Part shown: piece after piece, positions 27,586 to 40,100 of the stretch
How the letters are laid out: each line of letters starts with the position of its first letter
Numbering within the stretch: the first letter of the stretch is position 1
Assembly: GCA_030141605.1 (NCBI GenBank)
Contig: JAQGDQ010000021.1
Coordinates: 248,001 to 312,000, forward strand
DNA from: Tubiluchus corallicola
Taxonomy: Eukaryota > Animalia > Priapulida
Direction of reading: 5' to 3'
Length of the DNA: 64,000 nucleotides
Notes under the pieces: generated by a model
Told to the model about the DNA's origin: nothing
The model's input: only the letters and a program-made list of their open reading frames with translations
Database searches by the model: none
Made by a program: the position numbers and the translations under genes

Positions 27586-30500
27586 CTATGATTCTTCCGC
27601 TCCAACTGTTGCTTCTGCAGTTAGAAGACTTTCTGCACAGTCCTTGTTAGATACGAGTACAAACCTAACTAGAGCAACATTGACACGTAGAAGATTGTAC
27701 AAAAAATAGGCTTTTTCCGAGAGCTGTCTATGTTTAGAAGACACACATTTTTGTATGAATGCACCCAGCATTTCTTGGCACTCTGCTGGTTGCTGGAGGA
27801 ACTGCAACACAGTAGCTGTCAACAACAACATGGATACTTCCACTTCCTTATCCACATCTATACCATCTATAAAATCCTCTAGTAAGTAAGAAGATAATAT
27901 CACGTTACCTTTACAGCTGTTTACGAGAGACAGAAACAAAACCTTTGACTTGTCATTTGAAAGGATGTCGGGGTTTGCAACGATGGCATCAATGATACCC
28001 TGAATGTGACTGTAGTGAATCTCTGATTTCAATTTCTGAACTGTCGATAAAATGCTGATAACCAAATGGTCTGCATTTAGTTGAAGCAGGTCAACAAACC
28101 TACTAAAAACTAAGCTTATTGTATCAGTACATCTCGACGCTATTATGCCCAATGACGATATGGCTGCTGCTGACACATCCTCACTTTTGTTTCGACTGTA
28201 TGAACAAATCTCTTCTATCAACGCATCTTTATTTTCGCCAGAAATCAACTGACACAGAATCTTAATTTTTGTTTTTTGGATGTACATCGGTTCATTGCAT
28301 CTACAGTAAAATTTTGTAATGTGTTTTTGAACAAAAAGCGTGGAAAACTGTTCTATATTTTCTAAAAGAAAACAGAGAGCAAGATAAATAAGCTCATAAT
28401 TGTTGGTAGAAAGCGGGGCCAATATGGACTTTTTTGCTCTTTCCGCAACACATTTTTGGAGATCTGGAAACATCTGTGTCAGATACAAAAAATAGTTTAT
28501 GGTACCAACGACAACACTTAAATTTTGATTACTAAACAAGAAATCACATGTATTCATTATTTCTAATGACTCATCTTCAGTCTTGGGTTTATACTGAATG
28601 AGCACCTTCAAAACGACTGTCACACCCCAGTCAGTAAAACTAGACAATCTGTTTATAAGGTGATGAGCAATCTTACGATTAACAACCATCCCACCTTCTG
28701 AGTGAAGCAAACGCTCAAGGGTGACCAACACGTTACACACAACAGTGCTATCTGAATCGCTTAACAATGCATACAATCTGTCCACAACATCTGTTGCATT
28801 GACAAAATCAGGATTGATCTGGAAAAGCTTCACACAACATAAGACAGAAGTGCGACGTACATATGGACTACTGTCTCTCAGCCCACTTAGTACCACAGTC
28901 TCCACAGTGTCAGCTGATCCAGGAAAGTAACAAAGAGTTCTGATGCTGAGAGCTCTAACTACTGGATTGGGGTCTCGACATTCACGCTGGAGTATGTTTA
29001 CCTGGAACACATGATATAAAATATATTTGAAAATGTAAAGATACTAAATTTAAGTCTTCAAAAAAATTTTAAGGAAAATGCACATCAAGGTAGAGCATCC
29101 CACTTTCACTTACAACTAAACACAAAACTGGGTGACAAAGTTTCAAGTACAAAACTTGATGGAAACTTTTCGACGAGTTATAATAAAAATTCTATTTTAA
29201 GAAATTCAATAAGCAAAACAGATTAGAAGTTTTCGAATTTCTAGTACCAGTACTTTGTAGGAATACAGTTTCAAGAAATGCAGAAATATGAGCCTTTTAA
29301 TACAATTTTCCATGATCTAAATAAACAGAAAAGACAAAATTATAACTTCAGGAACAAAAAGGTAAGATTGTAAAAAATCAATAAGCACAATCTTTTATTT
29401 AATAATCTACAACATGATTATTAAGTGAAAACACAAAACATCACAAACAACAAGGCATTAATACATCAGGTGTGTAGCAGAGAAATGCAATTTCTAGAAA
29501 ACAGGTTGTTGGTATATAAAAAGATTACTCGAGTTGTTTGTGCTGATTTTTACAAACAGAAACAGAAACTGTTTGGTGCATTAAGAGAAAAGGAGATTTA
29601 TCCAAAACTGTTTGCAATATATCAAACAGTAAGTAAAAAATAAGAATCATATTTGCTAAATATGAAGATTTACTGGTCATGAAAAGATTTTGCTTCTCTG
29701 CTACTGTATTAATAGGTGATTTGTTGTGCTCTTTCTTTCTTTTAACTGAAGATAAAACACAATGTGCACACATATAGCTTTTCAATTTTGTTACCATAAA
29801 ATCAATAGATGATAATTTTTTCTTAAATGTTTCAGTTCTTATTACTAAGAGTCGTTTTTGTATTAAATGTGAAACTTTTCTAAAATGTCTGTATAAAGTT
29901 TCAATCAGTATTGGTAGCTGTAATGGAAGCTATAAAACGCTACTATATAAAAATGAACAGTATATCATTGAAGATCCTGATACTGGAGCCTGTTTTAAAT
30001 CCGTATTACACACTGTATCAATACTTACACAAAATAGCGCTAGTTCAGGGCATTTATTTGAATACTGCTGCATCAGAATACAAGCAAGTTTTTTCACAAG
30101 CAAATCGTGAGAGGAAACCAACTTGGCTATATCTGCTAGCAGTACTCGCACATCTACACCCAACATGTGAATCTCTGTGACCTATGACATACAAGCGTCT
30201 ATTAATTTAATAGACACTTTATATAATAAATTATATAATTTATTATTAAATTTATAAAAAGATAGATGAAAAGGTAAAAAGTAATTAATCAGGCCAGAAA
30301 AAAGCAATTTTTGGCTTTGCCTATTCATTTGTTTACAGTTCTATGATGCCAAGGTCTTTAATCATTAATAACATAACAATGTTTACATGTTGACGGAAGA
30401 CAGGGCCTGGCTCTTTTTAGTCTCTTTTACACGTTTAGAATGATTTGGATTGCTTTAATTCACAGTGACTTTTAAATTCCTGGAAATGACCGCAATCCAT

Positions 30501-30691
30501 TTCCGTGTTTGCTTGCTGTGTTAATAAAATGTATTCTCAACTTACACGATAGATAAGAAAACAAGAAATTATAGAGAATGCTGTACCCTTTTCAACACGT
30601 TTCTAAGCATATGGGGATTATGGTGAGCAAGACTCATTTGTGATCTCATTTCGCTGACATCTGATTGATCTAGAAATGCGCAGGACGTCAT
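27586..30691 (-). CDS. AP4B1: AP-4 adaptor complex subunit beta, trunk domain only, 557 aa
   Basis: Exons 30691-30587, 30181-30029, 29001-27586, all phase 0. Adaptin_N motifs KKLACILM..Y...PELAL, DPNPVVRALSIRTL, GLRDSSPYVRRT, KFYCRCNEPMYI..KI, and beta-4-type EGGMVVNRKIAHHLINRL and QPAECQEMLG. Confidence 0.88.
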
Positions 30692-30945
30692 TTTGTATAG
30701 CGTTTAGTTAACAAGTACACAGTTACACAAGTTCACCCAATATTTCAGGGTATTGGTAATAAATAACAGCAAGGATAATATAAATTTCCGTATCTCCTGA
30801 TTCCTGAAACGCACAATATTATTCCGTAGGGTCCCGAAAAAATGATGGTAACATTAGCAAGTTTCAAGTTCCACATTTATAATTGAAGTTTACGATACTA
30901 CAAGCGTATGAGTTAAACTTATTGCTTTTGTTGCTCAGGCGGCCA

Positions 30946-31115
30946 GGCTGTAAGGCGCCGAGTAAGCCACTAGCCGAAGTAGGACTGGTAAAACGCATGT
31001 GCTAAATTTGCGAAAAAGCAGTGTCGTACATGTACGACGCGTCCTACTTGGGCTAGGCCATGTACGCCAATTGTCCTACTGTGGCTAGTGAATTACTCGG
31101 CGCCCAACACAGGCC
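30946..31115. mobile_element. GC-rich MITE/palindromic element upstream of AP4B1
   Basis: Arms GGCGCCGAGTAAGCCACTAGCCGAAGTAGGAC and GTCCTACTGTGGCTAGTGAATTACTCGGCGCC, with an internal perfect palindrome GTCGTACATGTACGAC (31023-31038). Confidence 0.7.
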
Positions 31116-32835
31116 TTTGGGTACAGTATGCTGTACAGTAAAAACGCAATTGCTCACGAAGCGTAAACTTTTTTAATACACGTACTCTGCGTAATCCGTA
31201 AACCGCTCTTACTCACGACCCCGTTCGAATCAAATCTAACCAAAAAAGCTCATTCGACCTCGACGTTTGATGCTCGCCCATAGAGGCTGCATGTAGGATA
31301 TTAACATTACCTTTTGCCAGGGCAACGACTAACCGTATAGAAGAATTTGCTGATACATCAAAAACGTCTGGTAAAACATTAGAGAAGCTATCGTGATGCC
31401 AGTGAATTTTTTAAGAAATTGATTTGCTGGTGTACGTAGGCGCCAACAGGACGTCCAGGGTGGAGCCGTGGCCACCAATGTATTTTACTGCATTTGAGGA
31501 CATTTTTGACGTAGTTTTTTGTGTTCTAAAGCAACTTACTTTTGCTTGAAACAAACTACGATTCACAGTGTTTTCATGTAGATTGTGATGGCTTGAATCT
31601 TTACTCAAAAGACAGTCTATAATTATTTGATTCAATTCGCACTGCTGCTTGGCAAAACGGTTTTGTGGCTGTTATTTTATGATAATTTAAGTTATTACAA
31701 CGCCAATATTAATTTTACGTATTGCTAATATAGCTGAAAATGAAAACCTCAAAGTCGAAATTTAATGACGAACACTATTACACAGACCCTGGTTGTGGTA
31801 ATAGGCCCTGATGATGTCTCAAAATTTTGTGTGGAAACTTCGTACTTTCCAAACAGCCTACAATCTTGAGGGTCATGGTTGAAAGTTGAGTTTAACCCCA
31901 ACAAACACATTGAAATTGCAACTATTCTGAAAGTCAGAGAGAAAGCTAAAGCGAACCCATAATATGCCATTCATTGAAATTCACTATACAAAAGACAATT
32001 AATCTTCTGTAACATAATTATGTGTTTAAACCCTGACTGCTTTGGGTATCTGAGAACTTGCCCATTGTCGTATGAGAGGTGAAGTAAAAGCTCGTTGTAA
32101 GGCCATAGGAAACAAAAACAAAAGGAATAACCAATTGATGAAACTAATATGAACAGCATAACTCACGCTATGTTTTTTATGATATAGAATAATAAAAGTC
32201 GCTAACTGTGGCTAGCTGAAAACTTTCCCATGCCGTTAGTTGGATGGTGGTTGTGATATGGGTTGTATTTTAGTCAGTTCGTTGAATGTCGGGCGTTGTA
32301 CAGCAGTCAGATTCCGACATCTTCAGAGACGCTAGATTTTGTTCTGACAGTTGTGCGAGGCTCAGATAGAGACGTCTGAGGACGTTGGATTTTGGTCAGT
32401 TTCTGGCCGTTGTGCAATAGTCAAATATGATTTTGAAGTATCTTCGTAGATATTTGCATTGACACATGTTTTGGTTAACTCATCTGAGAACGGAAAGAGC
32501 TTTTTTGTTTGGGGAGGGTGCAATTGTACTGTAGTGAGGAAGTACTGAGCAAGAGAAGCATCACTATGAATGGTTTAGTTAATACTTACAGGCAATAATG
32601 GAAGGTCAAATAAATAATAGACCTATTACATTAATAATCTTTAGACTCTGAAATATGCATTGAATTATAAACCTCATGTATTTTTGAACTAGTCTGGAAT
32701 ACTAAAATAACATTGGGTTATTTGGGACAACAGACAACATGAGCCATAGGTTACTATAAGCGACTTTTAACGAATATAACAACACTGAAATGCCACAAAT
32801 AAGTAACACAGATAACATATGTTTGCGCCAATACA

Positions 32836-32910
32836 GGCGGTCGTGACATTCGAACTCGGGCTGCAAGCAAAGAAACATACACAGTCCGTTACTTTAAACA
32901 CTCGGCCACC
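32836..32910 (-). mobile_element. tRNA-derived SINE head or pseudo-tRNA
   Basis: Minus strand reads GGTGGCCGAGTGTT (A-box-like) ... GAGTTCGAATG (B-box-like), with no intact cloverleaf. Confidence 0.5.
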
Positions 32911-33160
32911 CATACTGACACAATGACAATACCTTGGCGAAGTAGGCCTCTCTTTTCGTTCTCTAGGTTACATCGCAAGCAAGTAACCAAAAATACCCAA
33001 ATGGAGAACTTCAGTATTATGGGGTATTTTCTTCCTTATACGAATATAAAGACATTTAACGGCGGGGCTTGAAAGTAAGTTAAACATGTTCCAGAATTAC
33101 TGGAGAAGAAATTAAAAAGTGACTGGGCTAGTAATGTACATCTTACATAATTATACTGCG

Positions 33161-33163
<3 letters not shown>

Positions 33164-33216
<53 letters not shown>
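33164..33216. repeat. (TA)n microsatellite
   Basis: Direct TA dinucleotide run. Confidence 0.95.
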
Positions 33217-33224
<8 letters not shown>

Positions 33225-33979
33225 TATGTGTATATGCTTGTGGAAAAATACAAGAGTTGAGCAGTGAAGTTTACAAACTCGGATGCAAGATGTGGATTAA
33301 TATTGAAAAATTTTCTTCTCCAAGTTTCTCGTAGTTGCCATTGTATTAAATACTGTAATATTGGATTTAAATTAGATATTCCGACTAGAAAAAAAACGTG
33401 AAAAATAAATCGGTTGTTGAAGTGTTTCGCATTTGATAAGTAAGTTATACTCGCTAAACGCGATTAAAAGTAAGTATGCAGGGATAATTTAGTTACTAGA
33501 ATTGACAATTTATTAATTCGTCACATAATTTTATTAATTAATTGCGTCAAATATGCAATGTGTGCTCACTGCTTAACATTTTTGTCGAAGAGGGTACATT
33601 TAAGCCAGGTTTTTCCGCGAAAAACTTAATTTATCTCACCTCACTTAGAATCTGATGAAATTTAAAAAATAATCTAAAATCAGTCAATTGTTCTTTATTT
33701 ATTTATCATTATTTGTAAGTCAAAACAAAAGCTGAAATGTTAATTTATCAAAATGATAAACTTTAAAGCATAGTACTTCACAGCATATATAGTATGGTCA
33801 TGGCATGGCTTTTGCCATATATCCTCTATCGTATCGCGGAACGTATAATCTTTTTGCTTACATTATGTATACAAAAAACGTGTTAGGTCATTATTTCGCC
33901 AACATATAGCAACAAACCAATTAGATAATCAGCACGATTTTATACGAAGATAAACTTGATATACATGGTCGATTATTGC

Positions 33980-33999
33980 CACGTGACCGTACCACGTGA
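33980..33999 (+). promoter_or_regulatory. Tandem canonical E-boxes upstream of NPAS4
   Basis: CACGTGA starting at 33980 and again at 33993, ~170 bp upstream of the ATG at 34164. Confidence 0.5.
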
Positions 34000-34163
34000 T
34001 CGCTATTCGCACCTGTGCGTAAAGTTGAAACGGACCGAAACAAAACTATGAAGCGGTAGCAAAGCAACAGGACGCAAGCTGAACTTTTAATTTTTTTATT
34101 TATTATTTATTGTAACTTCTTGAGAAGAAATTTGTTGTGCACTAAGTGCAAATAACGATCAAC

Positions 34164-37100
34164 ATGTACAGGTAAGAACTAATTAAGCTGTCACTACAAT
34201 AAATTAATGAAAAACAAATTACCACTATAAATGTATTTATATTCGATTGCGTACACTAAATAACTAACTTATTTAGGAGTTTATGCAATGACCGAATAGC
34301 TCTTGCACGCCACGACAAAAAATTAATGAGGATTTTATTTAATCTACTTCTGTTTGGTTGACAGGTCAACGAAAGGCGCCTCCAAGCAGAGGAGGGATCT
34401 CATCAATGCAGAGATCAGCAAACTCCGGGACCTCCTTCCACTCCCGGCCAGTACTAGAGCACGTCTTTCTCAGCTTCAGCTAATGGCTCTTGTCTGCGTC
34501 TACGTGAGGAAGATACGATATTTTTCGCATCGTAAGTTTACGTTTGTGTTAGTTTTCAATTTACGTTAAAGCCTATTGTATTTTGCATGCCGTTGTAAAA
34601 GTTATGTTGTGAATAACCAAACTCACCAAAGCAAAAAACCTTAATCAAAGTTACAAGGCACAAGTAATGTAAATAGATTTGATTCACAAAAATGCGCAAT
34701 GAAATTAGAATTACACTTTGAATTACAGCTGTTCATAATTATTTTAGTAATAAACAAACGTGGAAAATGCGCATTTCCGGTGGAAATTACACGCGCACTA
34801 AAATAATTTGCCTTTAAGGTACTCTTAACGTTACAATTATATTAGTGTGCGTATTCAGAAAAAGAATTTGACGTGGCTGCTGTATTACGCAGAAACGACT
34901 TGTTTACCATACCTTGAGGCGATTTTCGTATAACCACATTGTGCTAGTGTGCTACTTGAGCGTAACCACAAGTCTCATTCAACCATAATTATTATTGTTA
35001 GGGCGAATCCAAACTTAATCTTGGCATAAACATATTTTTAGAAGTTGGTAAGAATTACGTATCGTGTATCTGTTCTCCGGTGTGATTTTGTATCAGTGTA
35101 CTTCTTCTTAATTAGTTAGCTAACTTATCTATGTTAATACGAATTATACCAAAATGTTAATTATTATTATTTTTGCTACCACTGAAAATAATCTTTTGCA
35201 CAAAGCTTAAATAAAATAATTTTATATGTATGCACTATTTGACTGTATGTATACACATGTATGTACTGTATTGTGTTTTGCCAGTGTACATTATATGTAT
35301 TTGAGCAATAAATTATATTAAATTAAATTGAATTATTCGGAAAGAATTGCATCAGTAAAACTTTTCACTTTTCATTAAATAAGCATAGGACATGCAAAAT
35401 CGTGTGACTGGTTGCTCGTTGCATTTTAATTTAATTATTGCTGTAATAATGCTTAATTTATTGCGATTTTGTTGACTAAGTAAGGTAGAGCACCCAACGT
35501 AACTAGCCGGTTTCTAAAGCTAAAGTGAAAATCTAACGGGATGCTTTTAACGGGATGCTCGTCCTGTATAAACTAATATAGTCTTCCATACGTACTGAGT
35601 ATAAAACAATTGCGCACTATCGCGATTCCATACGTAAGCCTAATGGTTTCAAAGTAGTATAATCTCGCAAGCCTGCCCATTATAAATTAAAAGATGCTTA
35701 AATGGATGTCTGTCTGCTCATTCGATGTATAAACCCTTAACATTTCGCCAGGGTCAACTCAACGTTTTCAGTAAACATATAATGTGCGTGCGACAGTAGC
35801 TGTTTGGCATAGATAAAACCCAGATTTATCTTATCTGGCACACACGCACGCGTGGCATATGGTTTTACCTCACCGAGTCCCAGGATTTATCTTCTTATTC
35901 AAATAACACGCAATTGACTGCCATTTACAGAAAAAGTCCGTCTTAACGAAAGTTTGAAACTTTCATCTAGTATTGTAACATTCAAATAACGTTCCTACGA
36001 ACTTAAAGTCCCTCCTTAACCCATTTAGGTGGAATCCAAGTTTGATGTGCTGTCAAAATTAAAAGATAAACATTTTGTTTGAAATTACGCGCAAAAAGTA
36101 GAAAAATGAAACGGTGAAGTTCAGTGGGGGTTTGGATTTGTCACCTGCAATTTTTGGATTTTTATTTTTCTTGAAAAGGCCTCCTTTTAATTAATTCACG
36201 CCATTAATTTATGCCTTATATGTTAAAAGAAATAGTTAAGCAGATATTGGCTAAATATTTTTATATGGAATTAAGACGTCCAATTTTTTCCAGATCATCC
36301 TGTGAATCAATTTGAAGAATACACAGACGCTCTAGAGTTCGTAAAAGTAAGTTTCTTACTGTTTATCAGTAGCCATTAGGACTAGTCATTTTGTATTAGC
36401 AGCAAAATGTTACCTGGAATTGGCTGGAAATAATTGCATTTGTTGATCCGTTGAATTGTGTAAATAGTTTCAAGTACTCAGCCTAATAACAACAAATCGT
36501 AAAACGCCCATTAGCGTGTACTGTAGTTCCTGACAAAGTTGCCAAAATTATCTAAAAATAGCCTTGATGACGTCAATGCACGGTTGACAGATGGGGCGTG
36601 TATCTGTAAGGGCAATAATGGACGATTGTGCGGTAAAAACCGGTATGACGATTGCCAGCAGCATCTATTTTAAGAAGGGAGTTTGTTAAAGGAGTATTTT
36701 CGACCTCTTGAAAAGAATTTGACTTTAAAGAAAAAACTACACGCATAATTTTACACGGCACGGGCGTATCCTCGCTTAGGAGCAAAAACGTTTTAAAATT
36801 TTAAACAATAGATTTTAGTATTGTACATAAACATGGTTATAAGACACTTCTGCTGATTCAATATCTCATTTCATAAGATTATCCTTTGATAATAATCTAA
36901 ATCCTAATTGTGCCAAAACCATCCCCTACTTTTTTCACGACAATATAGTATGATTAAGTAGGTTCTGTATGCTAAGTGCACATTTTGATTATTTGGTGCA
37001 CAATAGCTCTAGCAAGAAAAACTGAATGCGCCCCTACTCTGCTTTCCACAGTGTAACCGTCAAACCAAGTAACAATTTTTTTTATTTTTGCGTGGGCGTT

Positions 37101-40100
37101 ATGGCTGAAGGCCAACTTGCTATTCAGTGAGACTGCTGTGTTAACTTAACCAGAAGGTTGATGTTGTCATGTGTGTTAGAAACGTCCGGGAGAGGTGGGT
37201 AAAAACACCGATTAATCATGGACGTCAACGTCCTTATGGGTCGTAAAAAATTGATATGCGCAAGCGCTTTTCTACCTAATCGTCACGAATCAATGTAAAC
37301 TCAAAATTTATTTATAAGAAAAAGTACGGCTGTAAGCCACAGTCATAAAATTCGAATATCACCAAGTAATGAAAATCCGCTTTACAAGGAATATGTTATT
37401 CTTACGGATAATCGAAATTAAATAAAATTTATCTTATCTTATCTTTAAAATCAACATATTAATGAACCCAGTGTTTCAGTGATATTTGCCAATCAAGTTA
37501 CTCGAGAGTGTCTAGATTTTTACAACCTTCATTTGGTAGAATAAAATAACTGGACGTTATTTTAAAAACTAACTGATCTTTCTGCCTCATTGAAGTGCAA
37601 AGCAATTCTACGACTGCCGGTTCAGCGTTTTATTTTACAGGATTTTTTCTTAATAATTAATGAACAATGTTCCACATGTTGCATTAAGTAGGCTCCACTT
37701 TTCAAAGCTAGGTTTTTGCTTGCGGAGTGAAGAACTGCATTAAGGATCGGCAGTTTCGATGTCCTAGCACGGAAAACTGAATAGATAGTAGGTACTCCAT
37801 GGACTTCAGAAAGCCATGAAATGAAATTAAGTCTGTTTTCTCGAAAGATTTGCAGTTACACCCCCCCCCCCAGGTTTCAACAGCTGCATAAAGAAGTAAG
37901 GATTTAGTGCTTGATTGTTTCATCTAACTTGACAAGTAACGCGCTTTAGACAATAAAAATAATGATACTGTCCAGAAACGTTTACTTGATCAAAGACCAG
38001 ACAATTGACAAATTGAAAATGAGCCTACCACAAATAGGCAGAAGCTGATAAATACATCATTTTGACATCGTGGAGTGAGGGCCACCAGATAAAAGACCAT
38101 CAGTCAAAGAACAACAAGACAAAAGACCACCGGTCAAGGGACCACAAAATAAAAGTTAGCAGACCACGCAGTGAAACACAAAACCACTGAGATAAATTTT
38201 GATTAGTGCTGAGATAATTATATTACTTGGAAAGGTTAAACTACGTAGTTCTGCATTATGAAAATTTTGTTTGTCAATGCATTCTGGTCACTAGGCCAAA
38301 AACACTGTTTTTATGCAGAGAATAATTCGATGGCAAGTTTAATGCTAATAATTCGATGATGATAAGTTTTTATGTTTGACAAACAGTTTAGAAATAGTAT
38401 CTTATATCCACACACTATGTACTAGGTACTGCCAATGGTTACCAACTAACCGAAACATCTTTAATGAAGAACAATGCCAGATTTCATAAGACATTTAACT
38501 GGAAAATACTCATTCATAAATAGCACCTATGACTTGAAACGCGGGTGTATTTAAGCTAACAACGTTCACATTTGATGTGTGTAGCTCATAACACCTAATT
38601 TGGGTAGTAGAAGAAACAAATCTGTAGTACCCAGCAAAATTTATTTTTACAAAAACTTGCATGGAGTTTTGACTGCAATGATGCGGCTGCAATGATTGCA
38701 TTACTGCAGAACCTGTTACTAACAGAAATTAATTAACATTAGACAGGAGTAACACGTTTTATGCCTTGCTTTTAACAATGATCAAACATTGAAAAGATTT
38801 CCCAGTGACGACAAGTAGGCCTGTAAGACATTTGTCAGTCATTAGTATTATTATCAACAGAACTTATCAGTCACACTTTTAAAGTCTTGAAGGTGGTGCT
38901 TTTGTCTGGTGAGCCTTTGACCGCCCACAAATCCTTCACGTATGCATCTCGTGAAGGATTACAACTCGCCTACAACACGTCTGCATTGCTGCAGGCCAGT
39001 GCTTTGGAACTAAGACTTCTTTTCTTACTTTTTCTGTAATATTCAGGAATATAAGTATAGTGGATCTTCTTGTTATTTACGAATTAATCTGTATGGTAGG
39101 AATACTGTAACTATAATTTGGTAAACCAACTCAGCTTGAAATAAGGATTAGGAGGACTTTACGTTTAAAAGCACCATTTTTCTTATTAATTTGTTAGTTT
39201 AAAAATTGAATTAATTTTAGTTAAAAAGTCTTAATAGCCAATAGCTATTGTGTTTCAAAAGCAATTAAATTACGGAGGTCGTGGAATTGGTCGATCGGAT
39301 GTCACCGTAGCCCATAAGTGGCTTTAAAATATCTTAATACTGGGACGTATTTTAAAACTAATTTAACACACTTGGTATTTAGATACACCCCTAGGACACG
39401 GTCTGCTAATTATAAACCTGTTTCAGTTGGCTTTAATTCATTGACGTCATCACCTATTGTTCGGTGGCTAAATCTAGATTTTTGCTTCCCCCCAGGCACT
39501 AAATGGATTTCTGGTAATGATAACTAAATCCGGCAAGCTTCTCTACATCACGGAGAACGTGGCAGAGTACCTCGGGCATTCCATGGTAAGTTGGCTGATC
39601 TTACTCTTGTCTAGCGTGGGCAATTTGATTTTAGCTGACATAATGTTGGAACTGGTTTGACATCTCAGTGAAAGGGCATTTGTTATCCAGCACATGTTTG
39701 ATGTAAGGGTGGAGGGTTTTAATGTAATCACAAATTGTCACTTTAGACATGTATCGGAGAATAAAAATACTGCAATAATTCCCTTTATGCCTACTCTAGG
39801 CTGTAGCCGATAGTTGGAGAAATTAATATACCAAATTATTGTAACCAATGAAAACAAGACGTAACTCAGACAAGCAAAAAAGAAACTCTATTATTTTTTG
39901 TGACAATGTAATGTTTTATAAACGTATCTATGGCGTGCGTCTATCAACCTAAGTATTTTGTGCATTTGTACGTTTGAGGTGACACTTAACTTATGATCAG
40001 CAGCATGAGCTTTAGCTTTGCGACATCTGAACTACTAATTTCAGGGGACTTGCGGGTGCTCTACAGAAGTCGTGTTTTCTCTTGTCAGAGAGCACAAATT

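Noticed and set aside
31749-32159. In-frame TGA between two ORFs as selenocysteine or readthrough
   Set aside because: Further stops flank it, with no redox motif or evident SECIS; pseudogene decay is the simpler explanation.
32836-32910. Functional tRNA gene (similar candidates at ~5300-5365 and ~43030-43090)
   Set aside because: Only A/B-box-like motifs; acceptor and anticodon stems do not pair.
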